A DNA stretch of 64,000 bases. Origin: the human T2T-CHM13v2.0 reference genome, Homo sapiens. The notes below the pieces were generated by a model. The model was not told the DNA's origin, did no database searches, and saw only the letters and a program-made list of their open reading frames with translations. This document shows positions 17,010-36,420 of the stretch, piece by piece (position 1 is the first letter of the stretch; the number at the start of each line of letters is the position of its first letter). The stretch is from NCBI RefSeq assembly GCF_009914755.1, contig NC_060929.1. The stretch is one strand, 5' to 3'. A program made the translations under genes and the position numbers.

Positions 17010-18699
17010 CCAGTCAGATATTAAGAAACTCAGTAGTAACAAATGCACGAAAATTAGTAGACAAATGAAAAACGATAACATTTTAGAGAGTACATAGAAC
17101 CAAAACGAACCGTAATTCCGACAGAAAAACATGGCGAGAAAAGAAACCGAAATGAAATGACACTAAGCAAATCTTGAAGAGAACTAGCGCTACAGAACGC
17201 AGGTATTCAAGAGCGCGCAAGGGCCAAGAACCACCCGTTTCCGGGAAATGAGCGTTGCTGCCACCGGAAAACTGTCTGCTAGGGCTCTGCCCTAACCACC
17301 TTGCAAACGAGAAACTGGCGCGTTGAACTTAGCAAGCGCCGGCACCTAGCGGATAGCGCTGGTATTGCCAAACAAATATCCGTTTTGGCGCCGTAAAGGG
17401 TGCTGCTAAAGAGAAACAGCATGCTCTTAGAACTAAGAGCGGTGCTTCCACACCTAAACAACCTGTTTGGAGGAATGAACCAACTCTGTTTCAATGTGTT
17501 GTACCAGAAAAATGTGTTGCGGCATTTAATGTGTTTTAATCCGTTCAATGTGTTTGATAGGTTTAATATGTTTTAACCCGTTTTAATGGGTTGTGACAGA
17601 AAAAGCGCCGGCTAATGGTACCACACAATTACTAGTGCGAACAGCGGCTCGGTGCAATCACCGTTCTGCACGGCAAAACGGGGTTCAGGAAGTTCCTAGG
17701 AGATACTAGCGGTTGTAGGAGCGAAAAAGTGACAGCACTGAGAACCTAAGGACCCCGCGAACGGGAAATGTCACGTTGGGTGCAGCAACTGAGAAAACGC
17801 CCAGTGGGCGCCACTGGCAAACGTGCTGATACAAAACCGCCAGCTCTGCATAGGAAGCGGAGCCTCCAGACAGAACCCGGAACCTGATACCAGCGAGGCT
17901 AAGACCGAGCTCGGCTCCCCGGCTCCTGAGAGAATGAAAGTCAAGAAGCACGAATCTGAGACGCTCAAAATTAGAAGAAAAAAAAATACATAATTTAAAA
18001 TAATGAAAGTCTGAAATGCAAGTAAAAATGAAAAACACATCGGTAACATTGTCCTCAGAGCAAGACACAAAAATAATTTTAAGGTAAGCAAAAGTTACAG
18101 AGAACCAACCCTACAAAGAAGAAATTACAAATATGGCTAAGCGATGCAATGCCTACCATTAGAATATTTCTGTCAGATCTAAACCCCTGCAGGTTGCTCC
18201 TGTCATAATTTCCTACGAGAAAAAAAACAAAAATATCCACGGTTAAACGTGTTTAGCTACGTCTAAAAAATCGTAGTAGCTGGTACATCCCGATTTGGTC
18301 TACAAGAGGAAAAAGTCTCGATGGGCAGGACTTGCTATTGTCAAAGGGAGCTTGGTAAAACTGAGACATCGCGATCGCCGGCATTTCCTGACTTCCACGG
18401 GAGTTTTAAAAACACACAAGCATAGCTAAGACAGGACTCGATATTGCGAAACCAAACTTGGTATAAGAGCTCCCAACACTGCTAAACTGGTCATCGCTAA
18501 ACCTTTAAAAAAAAAAAAAAAGCATTCGCTGGTACCCAGATTTCCACAGGAGTTAAACATTTCCTGCGCAGCTAAAGCAAGTCTTACCAGTAGGAAACCG
18601 GAACTTGCTAGGACTAAGAAACTTGAGGCTAGGCTGACCCCATGGTTGTTATGATTAGAAATCCGAGGCCACTGGAAACCCGGAGCTGCTGACCAACGA

Positions 18700-20290
18700 G
18701 TCACAGGGTAACTTCGCCTTCGCATGGGGAAACGGGTGAGTTCCTACGGCCTAGATATCGCAGCCAGGGCTAGACCGGTGTTTGTCTTAAGTCAGGACTT
18801 GCTTGGGCTGAGAAAATACATTTTGGCTATTCCCCTACTTGGACAGAGGGTGGAAATCCCAGGCACCGCGAAATCGAAACTTGCTAGGACTAAGAAGCCA
18901 ACGACGCGCGAAACCGTGGGGTCCTGCGACAGAGACGCCGGCGGCGCCGCCACAGGACTGCGTTCTGGAGGCCGAGCCGGAACCCGTGCGGCGGCGCTGG
19001 GAAGAGACTGTGCCCCTGCAGCTCCCCTGTCACCGGCTCCAAGGAGCGTCGGGCTCCCCCCGCCCAGCCCTGCAGCACCCATCCGGCAACGCCAGACTCG
19101 GCGCAACGGGGGCAGCTGCGACTTTAAATCTCTCAGATCCGCGGCCTGAGGGCTGCCGCCACCGAGAAATGGAGGCACAGAGCTGTGAACAAGAGACCAC
19201 GGCTCGCCGAAATGGCGGTGCCAGGAGCCTGAAAGGGAATGCAGCCGGCGGGGTTGTCAAGGACAACATTTGTTTTGGCGCAACCAGCGGTGCCGTCACC
19301 AAGAAACCGTCGACTCTGAGAAAAAAAGAGAAGTTCGGCTACCGAGAAACTCCGTGCAGCAAGTGCTGTGACAGCAAAACCGCCGGCTTCGCGCCGCTGG
19401 CGAAAGAGCCAACGGAAACGCCGGGTGCTGCGACCGCGAAGCCGGCACTAGAGGGCCTCGGATGGAGAAAGCCCCGCACCGAGACGAGGAAACTGTGCAC
19501 AGCACGACTAGCAGTTGACACAAACAGAAAAGTGTCTCGTCTGCTCTCTGGGAGAAAGCGTGGATCAAAACCAGCAACTCAGTGGAGAGAACCCCGCAGC
19601 CACTGAAGAAGTTGCCCACGTGGCGGTGGGGCCAGAGAAACACCGCGATTTCGACGACAGCCGTAGGGATACCACAGAGAAACATGCGCGGCCACAGAAG
19701 TACATCCAGCTCCGCGCAATCAGTGGTTCTGCGATCCAGAAACCGCCAGCTGGGCTAGACTAGAAACTTCTAAAAAACTGTCGTCCCATAGCAGCTTTCC
19801 TAACCACGACAGACAGTCGCCTTTAGAGAGCACCTAACGGTGCTGAGACCGGCCTGGGCCAGCAAAAGCGCAGAGCGGTGCCAGTGCCAAGAAACGCCCG
19901 ACTTGGTGAAACCAACCTTGTGACCACCGATTCCACTGGCTTCGCAGGACGCAACGGGCGAAGGCGCGGCGGAGAAACCGCAGGCTCCCTTCACCGATTA
20001 TGCTGCGGGCTGGGGATGGTGGGGGGCACCCGCGAAATTGTGAAACCAGCGGCGCTGGGACCCAGCGATCAGCTGCCCGTAGCAAATGTCTGTGCAGTTG
20101 CAAAAGATAATTTTTGGCCGTGAGAAGGTTGCCGCCAGAGAGCGTCCGATAACGCTGACAAAGGCGTGGCGTTGCCAGTGAGAAACAGCCGGCGCTGGGA
20201 AAGGAACGGTGCAGCGACCGACCAACTGCGCGCTCGGTGCCACCAAAGTGCTACTGGCTCTACCCACTCTGTCCCCCACGGGCTTAGGGA
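18700..20290. promoter_or_regulatory. Core CpG island upstream of ANXA2R, probable (bidirectional) promoter
   Basis: Very high CpG and GC density; I recall lncRNAs annotated at this locus, but exons cannot be defined from sequence. Confidence 0.75.
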
Positions 20291-20299
20291 AGTCTGATG

Positions 20300-21163
20300 T
20301 CTTTTTCTTTTCTTTTTTCCTCTGTCGCCTAGGCTGGTGCAGTGGTGTCATCTTGGCTCAGTGCAGCCTCGACTTCCTGGGATCCAGCGATCCTCCCGCT
20401 TCAGCCTCTAGAGTAGCCGAGACCACAGGTGAGTGCTACCACCCCCGTCTAATTTATATATATTTATATATATAAATATATATATTAAAATATATATTTT
20501 ATATTTATATATAATATAAATAAATATATAAATATAAATATATATTTTTATATATTATATAAAATATATAAATATATATTTATTTATATATTATATAAAA
20601 TATATATATTATATAATATATATATTATATAAAATATATATAATATATAATATATATATTATATATAAAATATATTATATATAATATATAATATATATAT
20701 TATATATAAAATATATTATATATAATATATATAATATATTATATATTATATATAATATATATAATATATTATATATAATATATAAAATATAGTATATAAT
20801 ATATAAAATATATAATATATAATATATAAGATATATAATATATTATATATAATATATTATATATAATATATTTTATATAGTATATAAAATATAAAATATA
20901 TATTATATATAAAATATATATTATATATAAAATATATATTATATATGAAATATATATTATATATGAAATATATATTTTATATGAAATATATATTATATAT
21001 AAAATATATATTATATATGAAATATATATATATAAATATATATATATTAGTGACGGCGGTCTCGCTATGTTGCCCAGGCTGGTCTCGAACTCCTGAGCTC
21101 AAGCGATTCGCCCGCCTGGGCCTCCCAAAGTGCTGGGATCACAGGCGTGGGCCACCGAGGCCC
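20300..21163 (-). mobile_element. Alu with ~600-bp AT expansion (20454-21048) in its linker
   Basis: Alu arms flank the (TA)-rich tract; absent from duplicon copy B. Confidence 0.9.
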
Positions 21164-22427
21164 GCAGGAAGTCTGTATTGTTCTTGCATTCCACCCAGTG
21201 CATTACGCAGGGGGAGAGTAGTGGGCTTATGCGCCGAGAACCAAGCAGATCCTGTTGGTCCCAGGAACAAAGTATAAACCATTCTGGTCGCCAACAGCTT
21301 CCTACGCAGGAAACAGCCATCCACCCTCTGTGACTGGGCTTTTCCAGGTCACCCCTCGCTGCCAGGCTCTCTTCCCGGTCCAGAGCCCACAGGATCCTAC
21401 AGGAGGGGCCAACAACTGCTTGCCTTTGAAACTTGAAACTCTCGGTCTAAGGTTCCTTAGGAGCGTAAAAGGCACAGCGTTTTCTGATCGCAGCTTCAGG
21501 TCTCCCGCCCCTGTCCCGGTACCTCTCCTGCAGGACGGAACTCTGTGGGAACCGCTCGTTGATTCTGATGGTTAACTGTCAGATATCCTTGATATTGGAC
21601 ATAGGATTTGGAAGAGGGCAGGAGAGAAAAATGAACTGCAAGACTCCAGCACAAGAGGTGGGATTGCTGGCAGATGTCTGCTCCCTCTCCAAACCTAATG
21701 AACATCTCAAAGTGCCATCCACTTTCCTATACCCTTGATCTGTGAAATGGATCACTGACGCTTTCTCTGTCTTTCCGGAAATGCAAAACAGGTGAATTTT
21801 CAAGCGCTTGAATTGTCTCTCACACTTTTCAGTCAAGAGTGGGGCTATAAACTCCTTCCTCATAGGAAATAAGGAACTGCCACTGCTTGGAAGTAAAACG
21901 TATTTTTCCCATAAGCTTTCACATTTCCCAAAAAAAATTATACATCCAGATGTAATCCCCCTAAGAGGCTTACAGACCCTACCAGGAGCGTTCCCACGCG
22001 AACGCATCATCTCCCAATCGGATCCTGAAAACACCATGCAACCAATTCCATCCTTTTCTGGATCAACCTGGGCACAGGACAGGTGCAGAGGAGCCCAGAG
22101 AAGGGCCTTGACAAGTCAGGAGACCCAATTTGGGGTCGCAATTGTCACTCACTCCCCAGGCGTTTGCTTTGATCTTCCCCTCCCACCATACTACTTCTTC
22201 TGCTACCTGGTTTCTCCCTGGTATTTGAGGATCCTCCAATTGCCTTCTGGTCTTACAGACGGGAGAATAAAGGAAAAATGGCATCGTTTCCACCTTAAAA
22301 GTTACAAGCACTTCACCAGATGGTACAGTCTAGGTAGAGCCTTTGTAAAACAAATGCCCGCCCACTGCTTCACCCTCCTCATTTCCACCTCAGCAAAGCA
22401 TTTTAGCAGAAAAGCTGACCCAGAGCA

Positions 22428-24580
<2,153 letters not shown>

Positions 24581-24599
24581 CGAGATGAGAGAAAACCTT

Positions 24600-25376
24600 C
24601 ATCTGTACTGTACTGCTATACTCCTTACTCCTCTTTATGACAGAATACAGAAAGATAAAGACAAAGAAAAGACTATTCTGGGAGGAAAGGGGATGAAACA
24701 ACATGATTCATACTACAAAGTACCAAAAAGTACACCAGAGTCGATACACCAGCACTAGTCACACAAATCCTTTTCTCCCATCAGTCAATATTTTGGACAG
24801 GAAAAATAGAGAGTGATTTTTACTGTCTACTTCACCAGATTCCACAGAGTGGGGCCTGGAATCTGGCTGGTAAAAATTCTTTATCCTTATGCTGGCTGAT
24901 CAGCTCCTGGTTTCCCTCAACTGTGGGCTTCCAAAAGAGCCAAACTTTGGGTTCCTGCTCACAGCACCAAATTTTCAGGGGCCAAGGGAAATCTTTCTCT
25001 GCGCACTCTGAAAGTTTGCTCTAAAATCGACTCACAGAGGCAGATTAATAGGAGAAAACACATAGAAAATGTATGATTGCTCAGCCCCTCAGTGAGGTGC
25101 AGGAGGTTATATACCATCTTGAGGTTACACAAAAAAGTGCATCATGCCAAAACAGGTTATAGGAGAGAGAAAACTTGTAAGGGTTCAGACTCTGTTAATC
25201 CTTCCTAGATCCAGACAAGAGAAGGCCTGTATGAATCAATGCAGATTTTCTACAGATGCAAATTTTTCCCACAAACGAAAGCATTGCAGGACTACTTATT
25301 TTGCTGGTTCTCTGGCAGCCATCTGAAAATATTTCAAATAAATATATTTTGGGGTTAAACATTTTTATTTCTTTCA
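24600..25376 (-). mobile_element. MER4-group ERV1 LTR plus 5' internal sequence
   Basis: PBS-like tttggtgctgtgagcagga on the - strand next to an LTR-like segment. Confidence 0.6.
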
Positions 25377-25379
25377 AGG

Positions 25380-25760
25380 TGGAATATTAACTATGTATGT
25401 CTCTTATAGATATAGTTTTAAATAAATAAGGGAATCCACTTTTTCTAATTTGTTAAGATATGTTTTGTTTTAAGAATGACAAGGGGTTAAATTTTTAAAA
25501 GATTTTCTGCATCTACTGATATTATCACATGGTTTACTTCCTTTTTAATGTTAATGTGTTGACTAATATTAACTGATTTTCAAGTGCTAAACCAATATTG
25601 AGTTCATGGAATAAATCCCACTGGATCATGATGTATTTTTTAAAACATATATTGCTGGATTCAATATGCTAATACATTATAATTTTTATCACCTGTGATC
25701 ATGAGAGCTCTTGGCTAACCAAAAAATTGGGGGATTGACAAGAGTGATATACAAAATAGG
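25380..25760 (-). mobile_element. Old L1M fragment
   Basis: Antisense L1 ORF2 motifs (ggaataaatcccactggatcatg...ttgctggattc). Confidence 0.7.
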
Positions 25761-26154
25761 CATATAAATATTCATACTTGCTTGATATTTAAAAGGGCCT
25801 TTTAATTTTTCTGCCCTGCTCAGGCAGACTTATTAAATACTGGCATCATGTCTCATTCGGGGCCCTTCAAAGGTCAATAGTGACCTGAATCATTCTATTT
25901 TTGTAGGCATCCTCATAATCTTTTCAATACAGATTGAATTATTTAGGATTCAGTCTGCAGAAGAAAAAAGTCAAAGCATATAAGGTAAACAGAGAGGCAT
26001 ATTTTATTGGCCTGGCTTCCACAGGAAGCATTAGCTAAAGTGAAAACTTATGTGCCACTTTTTAATTCAAAAGTGGTTTTTTTAAGAGAGTGGGAGTTAA
26101 AAGACAGGGTAATTAGAATAGGAAGGAGTGAGAGACAATTCAATGGTGTGCTAC

Positions 26155-26715
26155 TGAGGCAGAAAATTTAAAAATAAATACGCATTCATTCACTCCAAGA
26201 AAAGTAACAGGCAGGGCAAGGGTTAAAAAGAAAAGAACAAGTTCTCCTCTGCCTAGCAAGCTCACTTCAAAGACAGTTATAAGATACCCCTGTCCGGAAA
26301 GCCAAGTCCAAAGGAATGGGCTCCAGACACCCGCCCCTGCTCCAGAGCAAGGTTGAATGAAAAAAAAAAAAAAAGAAAGACAAATTCTTTTACTGTTACT
26401 CCTCTCCCAGGCTTCTTAAGCGAGATTATGTTTTACAAATGTCTGTATTTAGCCAGTTCTTGTTTTTCTTTCAATGCAGGCACAAGACCACCGACTATGC
26501 AAGGCCACAAGTTATGCTATGCTATAGATTATGTGACCTATCATATGATTAGCTGCTTTTGTTTTACTTTTGTAAGCCAGCTTATAAAAACCCCACTCTG
26601 TCTTTGTTCTAGGCTCAGCTTTTTGGATGCAAATCCACTGAGCCGGTGCGTACCTAAAATAAACAATCCTCCTGTTCTCCATATCAGTCTCTCTGGTCCT
26701 CAGTTTCCTGCAACA
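26155..26715 (+). mobile_element. Solo ERV1 LTR (LTR6-like)
   Basis: TG...CA termini with perfect 4-bp TSD ctac; internal TATA and AATAAA; subfamily from memory. Confidence 0.8.
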
Positions 26716-27449
26716 CTACCTTATTGGCCCATACTGGGTATCACGCAGGGTCAGAGGCGAATTTACCATGCAGCTAAGGAAGCTTAGCTTTTAGGATCCG
26801 TTTGAACAGGTCTGTAATTTTGTACTCAAAATTTTTATTCTTTTTTTTAAAGAGAATCCCCCACTACTTTTATGAACATTGGGTACTATTAACTGAACCT
26901 ACCTTGAACACAACAGTTTGCTTGATCACATGGAACCATCTTCTAGGAAGCCCTATCTAAGAATAATCCACTTAGGATAAGCTTCTAAGAATAATCCACT
27001 TAGGATGAAAGAAAGGGGAAGAATATATCCACTGTGGGAGAAATAAAACAATCCTGACACAAAAAGACCCCTGTGTACCCAACAGAAGAGAGACAGAACA
27101 CTAGTATTGAATTAGCCTTAACAGATTTACATGCATGTAAGGTAGCATGACAATAACTATAAAGCTGGCTCATATCTCATATGCTTTGAACAAAGAATGG
27201 GGAAGAATGAGAACTGCTTTTACTGCTTCAAAAGAAAAGAGGGTACACCTTGTGACAGTTTCCCCTATACTGAGAAACCCTCAGCTCGTCCTTGTAGGTG
27301 CTGTTAAAAAACATCTGGATGTTATTTTCCTATGGCCCGGGTACATTCTGGAGACCGGGCTTAATCCCTAGAGATATTATATTTCCACTGTTAGAACAAA
27401 GATTCAGAGTTGTTACCACGTTGAATGTAATATCACTGTTTTCTTTCTT

Positions 27450-29921
<2,472 letters not shown>

Positions 29922-30228
29922 AATAGACACTGTTAGTAACTGGACTCTACCCTCCCATGGAATTTCCCTCACTTCTTTTCTTGCCTGATTCAATCATAAC
30001 AACCCTGCTGACTTTCAATTGTGCCTACAATTTTCACCTTAATCCTACCAGGTCCTGAAGAAATTTTTCCAGATGAATTAGTGATCATCTCCCAACTATT
30101 TGGACTTTGGTGTCTGCCATTCTGTATATAACAGAACATACTATAAAAGCACAGTCTGTACTGTACAGAATCATTTACTCCCTTTCCTAGACCAGCCACG
30201 TAGCTTGGCCTGATCTGGAGGCTAAAAT

Positions 30229-30543
30229 ATGGAGCCCCATTCATCATCTTTGGAAGAGCTGTCTTGAAGGCAGCATGTCCAGAGCCCCACATGCCACCTG
30301 ACTTAAGCCTAAAGTAAGCTGGGATTGGGCAATGGACAACTTCACTGCACTGAGCCACCACTGCCAATGTCCCCAGTTCTGTGCACATATGAAGTACAGT
30401 GCATTCAGGCTGCCATGCTGGGCTTACATAGGCTAGAGTCATTTCTGAAGTTTAAAGGGGACAAAAATGTTGTTGAGACCCACACTCTGGGGCCAATGGC
30501 TGAAACCACAGAAGAGCTACACTCACTTGAAAAATAAGTGTAT
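30229..30543 (+). pseudogene. ANXA2R-like relic D, 5' half (cut by L1 insertion)
   Basis: ATG MEPH ~ MEQH; ccagagccccacatgccacct vs CCAGAGCCCCAGCCTCCACCT (17/21); PLPMSPVLCTY ~ PLPLYPVLGEY; TATAAAA at 30142; 5' leader similarity. Confidence 0.75.
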
Positions 30544-32945
30544 GCTGAGATCGTTCGAAGATGGCTGAATAGGAACAGCTCCAGTCTAAAGCTCCCAGCG
30601 TGAGCAACACAGAAGACAGGTGATTTCTGCATTTCCAACTGAGCTTTGAAGAGAGCAGTTGTTCTCCCAGCATGGAGTTTGAGATCTGAGAACGGACAGA
30701 CTGCCTCCTTAAGTGGGTCCCTGGCCCCCGAGTAGCCTAACTGGGAGACACCTCCCAGTAGGGGCCAACTGACACCTCATACAGCCGGGTGCCCCTCTGA
30801 GACGAAGCTTCCAGAGGAAGGATCAGGAAGCAACATTTGCTATTCTGCAATATTTGCTGTTCTGCAGCCTCCACTGGTGATACCCAGGCAAATAAGGTCT
30901 GGAGTGGACCTCCAGCAAACTCCAACAGACCTGCAGCTGAGGGTTCTGACTGTTAGGAGGAAAACTAACAAACAGAAAGGAATAGTATCAACACCAACAA
31001 AAAGGACATCCACACCAAACCCCATCTGTAGGTTACCATCATCAAAGACCAAAGGTAGATAAAACCACAAAGATGGGGAGAAACCAGAGCAGAAAAGCTG
31101 AAAATTCTAAAATCAGAGCATTTCTTCTCCTCCAAAGAATCACAGCTCCTCGCCATCAACGGAACAAAGCTGGACAGAGAATAACTTTGACGAGGTGACA
31201 GAAGTAGGCTTCAGAAGATCGGTAATAACAAACTTCTCCGAGCTAAAGGAGGATGTTCAAACTCATCGCAAAGAAGCTAAAAACCTTGAAAAAAGATTAG
31301 ACGAATGGCTAACTGGAATAAACAGCATAGAGAAGACCTTAAATGACCTGATGGAGCTGAAAACCATGGCACAAGTACTACGTGATGCATGCACAAGCTT
31401 CAGTAGCCGATTTGATCAAGTGGAAGAAAGCGTATCAGTGATTGAAGATCAAAAGAATGAAATGAAGTGAGAAGTTAGAGGAAAAAAGAGTAAAAAGAAA
31501 TGAACAAAGCCTCCAAGAAATATGGGACTATGTGAAAGGGCCAAATCTGCATTTGATTGGTGTACCTGAAAGTGACAGGGAGAATGGAACCAAGTTGGAA
31601 AACACTCTTCAGGATATTATCCAGGAGAACTTCCCCAACCTAGCAAGGCAGGTCAACATTCAAATTTAGGAAATGCAGAGAATGCCACAAAGATACTCCT
31701 CAAGAAGAGCAACCCCAAGACACATAATCGTCAGATTCACCAAGGTTGAAATGAAGGAAAAAAAGGTTAAGGGCAGCCAGAGAGAGGTCAGGTTACCCAC
31801 AAAAGGAAGCCCATCAGACTAACGGTGGCTCTCTCAGCAGAAACTCTACAAGCCAGAAGAGAGTGGGGGCCAATATTCAACATTCTTAAAGAATTTTCAA
31901 CCCAGAATTTCATATCCAGCCAAACTAAGCTTCATAAGTGAAGGAAACATAAAATCCTTTACAGACAAGCAAGTGCTGAGAGATTTTGTCACCACCAGGC
32001 CTGCCTTACAAGAGCTCCTGAAGGAAGCACTAAAGGAACAACCGGTACCAGCCACTGCAAAACATGCCAAATTGTAAAGACCATTGGTGCTAGGAAGAAA
32101 CTGCATCAACTAACAAGCAAAATAACCAGCTAACATCATAATGACAAGATCAAGTTCACACGTAACAATACTAACCTTAAATGTAAATGGGCTAAATGCC
32201 CCAATTAAAAGACACAGACTGGCAAATTGGATAAAGAGTCAAGACCCATCAGTGTGCTGTATTCAGGAGACCCATCTCACCTGCAGAGACACACATAGGC
32301 TCAAAATAAAGAGATGGAGGAAGATCTACCAAGCAAATGGAAAACAAAAAAAGCAGGGGTTGCAAACCCACTCTCTGATAAAACAGATTTTAAACCAACA
32401 AAGATCAAAAGAGACAAAAGAGACAAAGAAGGCCATTACATAATGGTAAAGGGATCAATTCAACAAGAAGAGCTAACTATCTTAAATATATATGCACCCA
32501 ATACAGGAGCACCCAGATTCATAAAGCAAGCCCTTAGAGACCTACAAAGAGACTTAGACTCCCACACAATAATAATGGGAGACTTTAACACTCCACTCTC
32601 AACATTAGACAGATCAACAAGACAGAAAGTTAACAAGGATATCCAGGACTTGAACTCAGCTCTGCACCAAGTGGACCTAATAGACATCTACAGAACTCTC
32701 CACCCCAAATCAACAGAATATATACATTCTTCTCAGCACCACACTGCACTTATTCCAAAATTGACCACATAGTTGGAAGTAAAGCACTCCTCAGCAAACG
32801 TAAAAGTACAGAAATTATAACAAACTGTCTCTCAGACCATAGTGCAATCAAATTAGAACTCAGGATTAAGAAACTCACTCAAAACCGCAAAACTACATGG
32901 AAATTGAATAACCTGCTCCTGAATGACTACTGGGTACATAACTAA

Positions 32946-33600
<655 letters not shown>

Positions 33601-33603
33601 TAG

Positions 33604-33798
<195 letters not shown>

Positions 33799-33801
33799 TG
33801 A

Positions 33802-34407
<606 letters not shown>

Positions 34408-34618
34408 TGAGTGAACTCCCATTCACAATTGCTTCAAAGAGAATAAAATACCTAGGAATCCAACTTACAAGGGATGTGAAGGACCTCTTCAAGGAGAACT
34501 ACAAACCACTGCTCAATGAAATAAAAGAGGACACAAACAAATGGAAGAACATTCCATGCTCATCGATAGGAAGAATCAGTATTGTGAAAATGGGCATACT
34601 GCCCAAGGTAATTTATAG

Positions 34619-34921
<303 letters not shown>

Positions 34922-35038
34922 GGTAATTTATAGATTTAATGCCATCCCCATCAAGCTACCAATGACTGTCTTCACAGAATTGGAAAAAGCTACTTTAAAG
35001 TTCACATGGAACCAAAAAAGAGCCCACATTGCCAAGAC

Positions 35039-36015
35039 TGTGGGGGAAATAAAGAGAGATCAGGCTGTTACTGTGTCTATGCAGAAAGAAGAAGACATAA
35101 GAAACTCCATTTTGTTCTGTAGTAAGAAAAATTCTTCTGCCTTGAGATGCTATTAATGTGTAACGCTAGCCCCAACCCTGTGGTCACAGAAATATTTGCT
35201 GTGTTGACTCAAGGTTTAATGGATATAGGGCTGTGCAGGATGTGCTTTGTTAAAAATGTGTTTGCACGCAGTATGCTTGGTAAAAGTCATCACCCTTCTC
35301 TGGTCTCAAGTACCCAGGGACACAATGCACTGTCGAAGGCCACAGGGACCTCTGCCCAAGAACGCCTGGGTATTGTCCAAGGTTTCTCCCCACTGAGACA
35401 GCCTGAGACATGGCCTCGTGGGAAGGGAAAGACCTTACCGTCCCCCAGCCCGATACCCATAAAGGGTCTGTGCTGAGGAGGATTAGTGAAAGAGGAAGGC
35501 CTCTTTGCAGTTGAGATAAGAGGAAGGCATCTGTCTCCTGCTCGTCCCCGGGAATGGAATGTCTTGGTGTAAAACCCGAACGTACATTCTATTTACTGAG
35601 ATGGGAGAAAACTGCCTTATGGCTGGAGGTGAGACATGCTGGCGACAATACTGCTCTTTACTGCACTGAGATGTTTGTGTAAAGTCAAACATAAATCTGG
35701 CCTACAAGCACATCGAGGCACAGCACCTTTCCTTAAACTTATTTATGACACAGAGTCCTTTGTTCACATGTTTTCCTGCTGACCCTCTCCCCACCCTGCC
35801 ACATCCCCCTCACCAAGATAGTAGAGATAGTGATCAATAAATACTGAGGGAACTCAGAGACCAGAGCCGGTGCGGGTCCTCCATATGCTGAGCGCTGGTC
35901 CTCTGGGCCCACTGTTCTTTCTCTATACTTTGTCTCTGTGTCTTATTTCTTTTCTCAGTCTCTCATCACACCTGATGAGAAATACCCACAGGTGTGGAGG
36001 GGCTGGCCCCCTTCA
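35039..36015 (+). mobile_element. HERV-K(HML-2) solo LTR (LTR5A/5B-like) inserted in L1 ORF2
   Basis: tgtgggggaaataaagagagatcag...ggctggcccccttca; TSD aagac. Confidence 0.93.
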
Positions 36016-36249
36016 AAGACAATCCTAAGCAAAAAGAACAAAACTGGAGGCATCATGCTACCTGACTTCAAAGGATACTACAAGGCTACAGTAACCAAAA
36101 CAGCATGGTACTGGTACCAAAACAGAGAGATAAACCAATGGAAGAGAACAGAGCCCTCAGAAATAATACCATACATCTACAACCATCTGATCTTTGACAA
36201 ACCTGACAAAAACAAGAAATGGGGAAAGGATTCCCTATTTAATAAATAG

Positions 36250-36420
<171 letters not shown>

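Larger units (their letters stand above)
17200..22420 (+). repeat. CpG-rich duplicon copy A (paralogous to 40600-45420)
   Basis: 18862-18906 vs 43201-43245 match 44/45; colinear homology continues to ~22420/~45420. Confidence 0.9.

Noticed and set aside
26956-27006. 28-bp direct tandem duplication (similar small ones at 9485-9535 and 46698-46787)
   Set aside because: Ordinary slippage-type duplications with no sign of function
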